DNA of 64,000 nucleotides from Saccostrea echinata (Eukaryota): NCBI RefSeq assembly GCF_033153115.1, contig NW_026889778.1, positions 27,590,001 to 27,654,000 of the forward strand, read 5' to 3'. Shown piece by piece: positions 13,495 to 25,389 of this stretch (position 1 is its first letter; each line of letters starts with the position of its first letter). The notes under the pieces were generated by a model. It saw only the letters and a program-made list of their open reading frames with translations, ran no database searches and was not told where the DNA came from. The position numbers and the translations under genes were made by a program.

Positions 13495-14610
13495 CAAACC
13501 AATCGTGTGGAATCGTTCGTGTAACATGCGTGATCGTTCGTGTAACGTGCGAGATCGTGCATGTATCAGACTCAATCGTTTGCGGTTTCAATCGTACGTG
13601 ATCATGCGTTAAGAAACGTGTAAATTTCGTTTTGTAAGTTTTTATCGGAATGTTATTTGTTATCCAAGCATTTCGCTTGTCTGTTTTTTTTTTATCCAAA
13701 TAAAATAAATGAAGCGCGATTTACATAATTGAAAGCAGAACGAACTAATTATCGCTTGGAAATAAGCAATATAGTAAGTCGTACAATATTGTGTTCTCGT
13801 CAAATAGCGTGATTTTTTGTGATGAACCGTACTTAAATGTTTAAGGATGTTTTTCTCTGATGTTAATTATGTTTACTGCTAATTATGGTCAAGATATTTT
13901 TAAAATCAAAAAATCAAAAAATAGATATTTTTACAAATAAATAAATAAACACTTCTCAATGCTAACATAAATATTTAGTCAGCAAATGTACATGTGCACG
14001 ACATGATTGTCGGGGTTTCGTTTATCAGTGTTTATCTCTGGAGCTTACTTTTAATTATTTCTATAATTTCTGCAAATAAATGATTAGTAAAATAATTATT
14101 GATTTTAGAGATTCAAATGGAAACATGGATATAACTTATAATTTAATTCATTTTCATGCCATTTTTTTTTTCAAAATTATCCCTTTCTGCATATTATGAA
14201 ATCCAATTCAATCAAAACTCACGGTCCACCTACATGTACATCTTCTGATAGAGGAAAAAAAACAGTTTTCTTAATTCGGAGAATTACGTAAATAATTATT
14301 TGTAATCTAAAATAATTAATAAGTCTCATATGTATTTAGTTCCAGAAATATCCTTTTTTTCATTTTTAAAAGTCAATGAAATAATATCAATAATTATTTG
14401 AAATCTAAAATAAGTATTAAGCCTTATTTCGTTTTGAAAATATCAATTCCTAAAGAATTTGAACTATTTTGCGTAAAGAATCGTGCGTTTGCGTTAACAA
14501 TCGTGTAAGATCATGTAACGTGTAGAATCATGTGCGTGAAGGATCGTTCGTGTAACAGATTTTATCGTGCGTTAATCGTGCGGAATCGCATAACTATTTA
14601 TAATACTTTA
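13495..14610. repeat. Repeat element with two clusters of atcgt/gtaac direct motifs
   Basis: atcgttcgtgtaac and aatcgtg motifs cluster at 13501-13620 and 14479-14612. Confidence 0.45.
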
Positions 14611-16877
14611 TAATACTGCATTGTTGACGTATGAAGACCACAATACTGATGTTGTCAATTGTACATAAATAACTTAACCTTTAATGTATTTCTGCCCTAT
14701 AGTTTATACTGCATTGTTGAACTAGAAATCTTATGCAGTGTGATTTTCATTCAATGAAATACGCATCTTTCTTTCTTCGTACAACTAGTACGATGTACGT
14801 AATTACTGGTAACAGCTAGATCAATTTAAAAAAATTAATAACCTGCTTATACGCGGTCAGTCAGTTAAAAAACAGAATAAAACAAAACTTGAAATTACTC
14901 GTTTGTTCTAAAACACCATGTTAAATATTCACATGTCCACCACGTGTAGAAGTTTCTACTTTCGTTTTGAGAATCGGGTCAAATATTAGTACATTTTGTA
15001 TGTCTTACGATATGCATTAAGTAAAATTAGTAAAATTTGAAATAACCTTGTACAGAGAGTATAATATTTGTTGTCCATTCCATTTCTCGTTGTGCGAGAC
15101 AATTGTACTCAAAGTACACGCGACATGATTCAATTAGTTATTCAGACTGTAGCAGAAAAAAAGGTGTGTGTGTGAAATACTGTTAACTAAGCTGATAGGT
15201 GCAAGGTTGATTCTTTAGTTTTAAGTTCCATAAGTTATACATGTAATAATTACTTAATATCTATAATATATATGAATAAATTATTTTAGAGAATCAAGGA
15301 AAAATACAAAATTCAGCTATTATAATAACATTTATTTATGAGTGCGATCAGCATGGTACTGACATTCATAATTCATAACAGATTTTTTTTCTCGGATTCA
15401 GCGATGTGGAGTTTTCGCGTTTCTGAATTGTGAACAGTTGATGCTAATATCATTACACAAGTTGCTAAATCACTAAACCATCTTTTTTTAAAAAAAAAAA
15501 TGTGGTATAAATTATGCATAATTATTTATTAGATAAAGTCGAAGTCTTCCTTATCAATTTCTCGTCTCCGTTTTACAGGCCCTTAAGCACTGTTAACAGA
15601 GATTCAAATGGATTTACATGAAGCACCCTTGCCCCGGATATTCTTTAATCTTTATCTCAAGAAATGTACGTAAAATTAGCAAATAAAATTAAATACTGAG
15701 CAAAGATCTACGTGAATTAAAATAGATTTATTTTATTTTAACATGTTTAAGTTTAATTAATAAGTTTGTACAATGTATATAACTTCATTTCTCTTCTTTT
15801 TTTAATTTTGTACTGTGTCCTATTTTGCTAAACATTTTTCTATCAATTTAATTTGTCAACAAAATGATAACAAATATTAATGTTTTTGTGCGTCCATAAA
15901 GATTGTTCCTGCTCCAAGTAGCAAGTACATGATTTGTTTATTATTAACATCGGTGGCCGCAGACGCAGAACAATAGGTAATTAGTGCCCATTGTTACGCT
16001 GACCACTACAACTTACATGGAATATACATGTTGTACCCCGTCCTGCCTCAGTGCCTAAGACATGTACACAATAATGCCAAATCACGGGTTGATCTTCGAT
16101 TTCTGTTCAAACCAAGTCAATTTAAACGTGTATTCCATTCAGATCTGTGACCTTACAATATTAAAATCAATCAACTTAATCATCCATCATTTACATTTAC
16201 TAGTATAGGTCCCATTTCTTATTTTCCATTCCATAAAATTAAATTAAATGAATGAGATTTTTAAAACTTATTGAATAAAAATGTTTTATGTGGTGACTTG
16301 TGAAATTGTAAGAGACCAACATCAAAATTACATGAACACGTGTATACCATTGTACTTACACTATAATTCTGACAAATAATTTTTGATCAGCCCCAATCTT
16401 CATCTCGTTTTCATCTCTCAATTTATTTTTTTTAAAAAGCATAAAATTTATCAGTTTCGGGCAGATTTTCAGGGGGGAAAAGATCAGAAAGATCGAACAT
16501 TCATTTAAAAAAAATTTAAAAACTATGCATATCTTTAGGAAAGAATTTTAAAAAAATTGCTATCACGTAAAGCCATCTTAAAAAAGAAAAAATGATTGTT
16601 TGTCCTCTCTAAAAAGTCCGAATCAGATGTACTATTTTCATAGATTCTTGGAAAACATTTGCCTTTACGCTGACAATTTTATTTCATTGCTAACTTTAAT
16701 TATTGTCAAGATTTTCACAAACGTATTGTAATCGAGATCAGTGTCATAATTTTTGTCACGAGCAGTAAATATAAAGAAACATGGAAATGTTGTGAAAATT
16801 AAATAAAAAGAAAGTAATGATTGAAGAAGGTTTTAACAACCCTAAGCTCTATTTTAGCACCTTCTCAGCTCAAGAAC

Positions 16878-17129
16878 AATGACCACAGTAATTATCAGTA
16901 AATGTCATCATCGACAGCACATCAACAGTATTTATCAGTATTTATCAGACTCAACAGTAAAGACGACAGTAATTATCAGTATTTATCAGAAACAACTAAA
17001 ATTATCAGTAACAACAGTAAGAATAACAGTAAATATCAGTATTTATCAGCAAGAACAGCACAGTATCAGTAATTATCAAACACTATCAGTAAAATTTGGG
17101 ATTCTCAGCACTTTTTTCGTCCAGTAGTG
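16878..17129. mobile_element. CACTA/EnSpm-like element end with sub-terminal tatcagta repeats
   Basis: Ends ...ttttttcgtccagtagtg (reverse complement CACTACTGGACGAAAAAAG), preceded by more than 10 atcagta/acagtaa motifs. The partner end was not found. Confidence 0.6.
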
Positions 17130-17689
17130 CATCTGCCACCGTTCTGCCCATGCGCGAAATTTAAGAATATAAAACATTAGATTCATTTGTTTTTCCCTAC
17201 CTACAGATAATATAATAATATAATTTTACAGACAATAAATGCATTAAAAGTACACAAATTACAGGAGAAACAAGAAATCTATGAGCCAGTGTTCTCCAGT
17301 GATACCCCACCCGCACAGACAGACGGACAAGATTTGTACCAAAGTGAAAACCACTTTATAGCATGCCAAACTAAAGGGTGTTTTAAAATTTCAAGCATCT
17401 GCGATGAGTTGTTATAGAGAAAACTGCATCAAAAAAAAAATTGTTTCAGACAGAGAGACAGACACAAACGCTCACCCCCACACACAACAGAGAGATTTGC
17501 AGCGTAAAAGGTATATAGAAAATTGAAAATATAAGGCATATGTAATAATTATAGAGAGTATGTAAGGTACCTAATATATCAATGATTATACAAGGTAACC
17601 TTGCTTTTTTGGCACAGTATGTAAATGAACTTTTTGTTGCATGAAAAAATTTTGTTTTCACATAAAGAGTTATCTCTCTTGGAAAGAAA

Positions 17690-18524
17690 AACGTGACAGT
17701 AGAAATAATTTTTTTTTTCGTTTTGTAACTCTTATATGACCATTTGTTGACCCTATAAAAAGGATTCTGATTTCCTCCTGAGGATTCCTGCTTAAAGCAA
17801 GCTGCAGATGATTGTAAGACAAACCAGACTGTGAAATTTTGGGCCATATTGTCTGAAACTATATTATGAACAAATATTGGTTTCAAAGTTTCAAAAATGT
17901 TTTTTTTTTTTTTTGGACTGAACTTGAAGAGATACAATATCACAAGTACTGGAGATATCAAATGTATATTTCAAATAAAGATCCTCAACTGCATGCTGAG
18001 GCAACTCAGTAAGTTTTGTAGCATTTTAGAACCTTCCAGAGCATCATGTCCAGTGTAGAAAATGTTCAAAACATATGACACTAAATACTGTTATATGAAA
18101 ATTTTTCATGAAAAGGAATAATTGCTCTGAAGAATTCCAAAGTGTCACAAAATCCCCTAAAACATTCATGTAGTTTTACACTAGGCACTTTCTTCATAGC
18201 ATTACACAAACAGAATAGGATCTTGAACGGACGGCAATCATCTTTCAAAACTCTCTAAGACATGCTGCAGGGAATGGCAAACAACTGGCTTTCGATGAGC
18301 GAACATTGATCGAACGTCAACCCTTTGACTCTTGATGCCTGTGCTGTAATAGGTACTTCAGGTATAACATACATACTAAAAGATCCTTCACCATAAACGG
18401 TTGAACTCTGAGTTATGTCTGCAATACATACAAGTATAACATGTATAAATAATATAAATTTGTTTTTGAGCACACATAAGTGAGTGTGTGTGTGTGTATG
18501 TGTGTGTGTGAGGGAGGGTCTGTT

Positions 18525-18573
<49 letters not shown>

Positions 18574-21410
18574 AATAAAACATGAGAAATAAATAACTAT
18601 ATACCTAGCCCTGTTGTCTCTAGATCAAAGTAAACCCTTGTGTAGTTTATTGCTGGCAATGGCACATGCTGCACTGGAGAAGGGGGAGGAGGAATTTCCT
18701 CAATGGACTCTGCTGCATACCCTGCATCATTAACCGCAGTTTGATAAGTAAGATTTTCCCTCAGCACCAGAGTGGTTACTTTTGTCTGTTTTTTTCTTTT
18801 TCCCCATTTTCAGTTCCAATCTTTTCCTTTTGAATGATTGTGTAGTTTAAAGATTCTCCTCTCTTTGCCTTTTTTCTGTTTTCTTTCAATGTATGTTGTT
18901 GTATGTTTCCCAGGAGACAGAAAAAGTTTCAAAAGTTTCTCATTAGCCTGGAAGATAAAAAAATTAAAAGACTATGTAGATAAATAAAAAACGGTTTTTA
19001 TTAATAAATAAATTACTTTATGTAAACCTATTACCTTCACTATGTATTCTTTCCCCAAGTTTTTTTGACACACTGCTGAAGCTGTTCTATCTGCTCTCTT
19101 AACTGGAGTAGAATTATTTTGTTCTAAAGATTTTTAGTTGATACCAGCCGATCAAAATTTTCGTTAATCTGGATGCTTTCAAGTTATGATAACTTTTCTG
19201 CATTCTCAGCATACTGGGTAAAAATATCCAATAAATTATTGAAAATAGCTTTCTTTTGGAGATATTTTGAAATGGAAGGTTTTTTGGCACTTATGTGTCA
19301 GAGTTTTGAAGAAACCTGCACGATGAAATATCACAATGCTGATGGTCACTTAACAAATGATTTGGAATAGCTAAAAAAAATTCCTTCATTCCATTTGGAT
19401 TGTTCTTATTTGTAGACAATGCACACGTGAAGCACTTTTTGATGTGAATGATGATTGTAGAACTAAGTAACTTCTGAATTTGTTTGTTTTTCTGTAAGGT
19501 ATAAAGTGTGTTTGTGAAGTTTTTTTACCGTATGGTTTCTGTCACTAGATTTTTCTATTGAACTGTCAACTTCCCTCTCGATTTTAGCAATATAGTTGTG
19601 GCATCATCGTCCATTATAATTTTCCTCACATCATAACACTTTCCTTTGATGTCATTCAATATATTAACAGCCATAGCAGGTTCCATAGCTTTTGAGCTAC
19701 CACCCCAGTTTTTTCTGCTGTCATGCTCTGGCACTCTATTACCTGTCTTAGTTGCCACATCACATTTTTACAGGTCTTGCTCATAGCACTGTAGCCCACT
19801 ACCTTCTTAGTGTTTATTCCAACCATATATTCATGGACTGGAATAAAAACATGTATTTAGATGTTTGTAAGCTTATAAAATTATTTCATGTCAATTATGA
19901 ATAATTCTATTTAGATAAATGAATTCCAAATTTATACAAACCATGAGTAGCCGCTATAGTCCTTGCCACTGCCACGTTTTTCCAACCAACATCAAAGGAC
20001 ATAGACAGGCTATCACTATAAAATAATGTGATGTTGATAAATTGTATGATTTTATTCTTAATAAAAATGAATAATTGAAAAGAAAATATACACAAATAAA
20101 AGTTATTAAATTAATTCAAATATTTAATAAGTAAAATTTAATATGCCTCGGCCATCTCTAAGAAAATGTTTATTTAATCTCTCAAGGCTCTGGATTTAAA
20201 AAAAAAATAAGTAGGTAGGGGAAATATTTTTCTTATTCCAAAAAACTCGTAAATATGAAGTTAAAATAGTTATTTAAGGGATAAGAAAACTTTGAAATGA
20301 AAAAAAATTGCTTCCTGGGGGTCCAAAAAGTTTTGAATCGGGCATTTTTAGTCAGTTCCTTAGGGTAGAGCAATGAAACAGTTTTTTTTTTTTTAAAGAT
20401 TGCCTTATTACTTGCATTGATGTTAAAGTTTATACCTTGATTTTTCTACTTCGTCTTCCAAGGCAACATCACATGATTCATTTGCAAGTTTTTCAAGCGA
20501 AGTCCCTGCTTTTCTTTCCAATTTCTTCACATTTCTTGGAGTATTGCATGGTATGTTCATCAAGGCAAATATTGTTGCAATGGTTGCTTCCCTTATCCCA
20601 GCAATGTAATAGTGCTGGAATATTAAAACACTAAAAATATAAATATTTTCATAAATTTTGCACACACTACATGCAATTCCATACACAGACATATTGAATT
20701 TATTATACAAAATGTATGCAAACCTACTCCTAATTTTGTATTGACATTAAAAGGTCCGTGGCTATTCCTTTGATGCTTTTGCTTTTTGCCACTTGCAACA
20801 CTATTTATGTGTCCACATCTACAGCACCTGATGTAGAACAAACTAGCTAACCCATATTTTCTATCTCTGTTAGAGTCAGCAAGTTGCAATGGTTGACTAC
20901 ATGCTGTACACACCTGCAGCATCATCTTAGCGAAATAATCCACTTCTATAATTCTTCTGCCTTGCAAAATGTCAATACAGCCTGTGACATCTTTATTTAT
21001 TCTGTAGAATCACAAGTAGATTCGTCCTCAAATACCTGTATAATATTTATTTTATGCGTAAGAAATACATCCCCCTATACACTGTTTGCGCAGATTTAAA
21101 ATCACGTATTTTATATAATTTAAAAAGAGAAGTAAAACACTTGTGTTTCTTTTTTCGTCATAGCTCTTAGCAGAATACCTTTATCGGAAGCTGATATATG
21201 TAAGTCATGAAATACACATAATGCACAATATATACCTGCAATTTATTGCTTGCATCCAATTCATTCATCGGAATTTTATTATTGTTGCAATCAGTAGATT
21301 CAGTGAAACTTTTCTTCTTAAATCGAGCATTCTTTAATCTTTTGATTGTTTTCCCTCCATATTGTTGTTTACAATAACGACCAATACTTTTTCTACCTTC
21401 TTTCATCAAA
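17690..21410 (-). pseudogene. Spliced, frameshifted Kolobok-type (Mutator-like domain) DDE transposase fused to a DEDDh 3'-5' exonuclease and a PML-C-like tail
   Basis: Ordered minus-strand motifs: GRRIIE..CxxC..GLAS....CxxC..FNVNTK (20724-20967); MNIP..KKLER (20436-20614); SFDVGWK(K)RGSG (about 19942-20013); CKM..EHDxRKNWGGSSKAMEP..IMDDDATT..DRNH (19520-19838); QINENF..RTASAVCQKNLG (19035-19175); VYFDLETTGLG (18605-18637); DITQ..FSMYVIP..ITAQASRVKGL (18315-18421); GHDALE (about 18035-18052). Exons have GT-AG boundaries. Confidence 0.85.
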
Positions 21411-22929
21411 GATTTCCGTGTATAACTTGAAATGCTTTAAGCGGTAAAAACGGAAAATCGGATAAAAACGGTGAAAAGTGTTGGGGAATTATTTCTTTTA
21501 TCAGAGGGATATTACACCATAAAAAACTAGATACAATAGCAGACTACATCAACTTGAAAATGTTATTTCGGTGGAGGATATGGATTTTCTTAAATCTAAA
21601 GCATTATAAAAAATAAAATAAATTGGCTATTCTCAATAACCAATTGATTTTATTTTTTTTAATAAAATTATCTATGTTTGGTTATCAAAGTAATATTTCA
21701 ATTTATTTGTATCCATCATTAAGCCTATATATATGTAGAAATGACAAGCAATTTTATTCATTTTACATACTTTTTAAAATGTACATATATTTATCATTCA
21801 GCATGGGAGGGCCACTTGATGAAATCCTTTTCAAAGCCAACAATTTTAGCCTTAACAGAACCGATTGGAAACAGTCTTGCTGACGCTGGAAACGTCATAT
21901 CTCTGACAGTGTTGTTATCCCTTCTTTCATATTGCTGCTTTAGTCATTTCTATTTGACTTATAATTGACTGTGTCTTTGTTAGTACTCATCAACATTAAA
22001 TTCATGATTACAATATACTTAAGCCTTTTTTGTAGTTCCCTAAAATTTACGAAATTACGAAATTGGAAAACCATGATCATCAACTGGATAAGAAACTTAA
22101 CCTACCTCTGTGGAATGGCCAAATTTTGTTCAATGTTTAACCACATTAACCGGTGGATATATTTTGAGAAACAGAATTTAACCAACGGTTATAAGTTAAT
22201 TGCTGGATAAGAGATTTAACCACCCAAGGATTTTGCGGGTGTTCTCTGGGAACATTTTGTTTTCTGCTTAAGCACAATTGGTAGTGTTTGGTGATAGTGT
22301 TGGAGTGTAAATATCATTGATATATAGAGAAAAGTTTATGGGTTGTTGCTGATTTCCAGAAAAACAATTGTGTATACCCTGTTCAGCCGTTACTTTCAGT
22401 TTATTTTGCATTATTACATAATTATTTACCATTCAATGGATTTTTTCAAAAGCTTGTTAATATTGTTGTTAATGTTACCGTATTAAATTTTACGCAACTG
22501 ATAACCAAAAGATGGTATCTTTTGCCCAAAATAACGGTTCATAGATGTCGTTGTTCACTGAAAATTCCGGAAAATGAAACACCCGGACGCGTAGAAATCC
22601 AATCCAAAATCTTATTTCAAACAACCGGACTTGTCACATATGTTTTGTTATATATGTAAATACAAAACGACATATATGAAATTGTATTCCGCATTCAACT
22701 TTTTTCTTCTCTAAGGGGATTGTTGTGTACCTTGAAAATAATTCAAAACATTTGCACTTTTCCCATAAATGATACTGAAATGATGTTTATTTAATGCTAA
22801 AAGCTATAGTTTAGAAAAATTAAAGAAAATGTTTAAACTTTTTTGTAGTAGAATACTACATGAAAATAAAAGCAGTATAGTTTAAAAAAGTTTAAAAATT
22901 TTAAAGATGTAGTCGTCGTAAACTTTTTA

Positions 22930-22937
22930 TAATTTCA

Positions 22938-22975
<38 letters not shown>

Positions 22976-23093
22976 GGCAGGGTGTATCATTACGAAAAGG
23001 GGATTCAAGTTTTTTAAATAATGGGCCACAGCCTTTTCCAAGGGGAGATAATCAAGAAAAAGTAAACATTGTGTGGGTAATTTAAAAATCTTC
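22930..23093 (+). repeat. Single Cg170/HindIII-like oyster satellite monomer
   Basis: agaaccactgggccaatttcaatcaaacttggca...ggggattcaagttt...ttccaaggggagataa; matches 51065-51240. Confidence 0.8.
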
Positions 23094-23300
23094 TTAGCAG
23101 ACCTATTTTTGTATTCTTATGAAGCAGAATTTATTCAAAATTTAAACATGAAAAAAGGAAAACTCTTACTGTGGCCTTCAACTCGACATCTAGATACATG
23201 TATATCGACGACGTATTATCAATTAACAATAGTTATTTCCATTCAGATGACGACACGATTGTCGACACGATATACATGTATCTCAGTGAGCTTGAAATAA
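23094..23300 (+). mobile_element. Penelope-like retroelement reverse transcriptase fragment
   Basis: LADLFLYSYEAEFIQ, then after a frameshift VAFNSTSRYMYIDDVLSINN; homologous to 35525-35700. Confidence 0.8.
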
Positions 23301-24063
23301 TAATAAATTTTGAGAATTTTCATCTACATGTAAATATCGTTTCATAACAAGAAATTATCCTTCATGTCTTTTTTTGATTGAATGTTGCACATATTTTTAT
23401 TGACATATACTATAGAATTGAAATCGCAATTGATAATGTTGATTAAGGGGTGTTTTCTCAAGAGCTGATAAAGTGAGATACTTTAAATGCCGGTCAAAAG
23501 TAGATAAAAAGTTGACATGAACTGTCAAATGAACAACGTGTACAACGCTATTATTCATCAGAAAGTCTTAAAACGGGCAGTCTTTAGGCTAAAGCACAAA
23601 ATTATCTTTAAAAGGTCAAATATGTGTATATTTGTGCCCTAAGGAATTTTGAAAAAAATTAAAGTCAGGAGTTCTGTAATTCTGATATTTCACAAAAGCA
23701 ATGTGACCTTAAATTCCTAACTCCATATATTTACCAATCACAAGATAAAAGGTGTGATAGACAGACACCCGCATAGCTAAATAGACAAAAAGAGAGACGT
23801 GGGCAAAATGATTACGAAGGGCTCTGCTCTGCAAGTAACACAAAAAAATATCATCGGCAACACATGTCTACCGATCAATTTTATCTTTTTAAAAATGCGT
23901 ATTTAATGATCAAGAATGACATAACCTATTATTTGGTATAAATAAGAGGAGAAGAAAATACATAATTTGTTGTTTTTTTCTTTAGCTTGCAATTTAGAGA
24001 CAGAAAAAGGTAAGTTTTTTTTTCTTAGATATATATTTTCTCCTCATTTGCATTATGCCATGA

Positions 24064-24203
24064 NNNNNNNNNNNNNNNNNNNNNNNNNNNNNNNNNNNNN
24101 NNNNNNNNNNNNNNNNNNNNNNNNNNNNNNNNNNNNNNNNNNNNNNNNNNNNNNNNNNNNNNNNNNNNNNNNNNNNNNNNNNNNNNNNNNNNNNNNNNNN
24201 NNN
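24064..24203. other. Assembly gap
   Basis: Run of N. Confidence 1.
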
Positions 24204-24337
24204 TAAATATTGCGTGAAAACCTGTACTTTTAATATCAGAAAAAAAATTGTGATATCATTTACTTACCTCATGGTGAACGACTACCTTTTTCTAAATTTT
24301 AAACCACTGGATAACTTTCAATTTGATTTTTTTTTTA

Positions 24338-25074
24338 AGGAAGATGGGTGAACAAGGCGGGCGAAGTGCCTATAGTGCGACAAACATGAAGTGAGAAATA
24401 AAATCTCAATTATATCAAAATTTTCTTTGATATTTCATCAAACATTAAAGTATACTTAATGTAAAATATCTACAATTTACAAAAAAATTCACAAAGACTG
24501 AAATTATTTGCCTATGAAATAGCATGCACACACTAAATAGGACAAAAAGAATCATTTTATCACACTTTAACAAAATTTTTCGATATGAGTGGGACTTCGC
24601 TCTATTTTTTTTGAAAGTTAATCCTAAAAGTTTGCATAAAAATATGCATTTTTTGGTTTACAAAAATATGGAGCAAAGACCCACTATACCTTAAAAGAAT
24701 ACTTTTATGACAAAGCATTCGCATCTTTCCGAGAAATACTTGAAGTCCATTAAGTCAAGGGTCATATCACAAACATGATTTAAATTTCTCTATTCATCAG
24801 GAGCTGTGTAGCGTAATGTTTAGCGTGTTTGTCTCAAAGCGATATGAGGCTCCGGATTTTTATTGTTAGGGTTCGAATCACACGAATACCATTTTATTTT
24901 TTCAATAAAAGAATAATTTTTCCGAGATCTTTTTTTTTCTCAGAAAAGTTTTGTTGATCATAATTTCATAAATTTCAATAATGAGAACTTTACTTTAAAT
25001 ACTTAAATAATAATATGATTTTTTAAATATCTGAAGCTATAGGCATTCTGCACGCCTTGTTCGTCCATCTTCTT
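24338..25074. mobile_element. Non-autonomous TIR element (Kolobok-like left end TTAA/AGG) with an internal tRNA-like segment
   Basis: gaagatgggtgaacaaggcgggcgaagtgcctatag pairs with ctataggcattctgcacgccttgttcgtccatcttc. Confidence 0.7.
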
Positions 25075-25188
25075 TGTACTTTAAATAAAAATTTTATTGT
25101 AATGTTTAGGCAAGCACATATACATATGTATGTATATAAATATTCCTTCTAAACCGTTGTATGCTCTATTTCAGAAAACAGTTGGAAG

Positions 25189-25389
25189 ATGAAACCTTTG
25201 ATTTTTGCTTTATGTCTGTGTTTTCTTGCAAGCATCTGTAATGGCCAAAATTGTCAACACGACTGTGAGTGGACTTATGCAGCTTGTAAATATTATTGTA
25301 GAATTTACTACATTGGCAGCTACAGATGGTACATATGTGTCCAGATCTGTATGTCAGAATTTGATATGTGCATTATTTCTTGCCATTGA
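25189..25389 (+). CDS. Secreted cysteine-rich peptide precursor (66 aa; 8 Cys in the mature region)
   Basis: Signal peptide MKPLIFALCLCFLASICNG, mature framework CX3CX6CX3C-X12-CX3CX6CX3C, splice acceptor ctctatttcag ending 25173 just before aagATG, and AATAAA at about 25404 and 25474. Confidence 0.88.
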   Translation: MKPLIFALCLCFLASICNGQNCQHDCEWTYAACKYYCRIYYIGSYRWYICVQICMSEFDMCIISCH

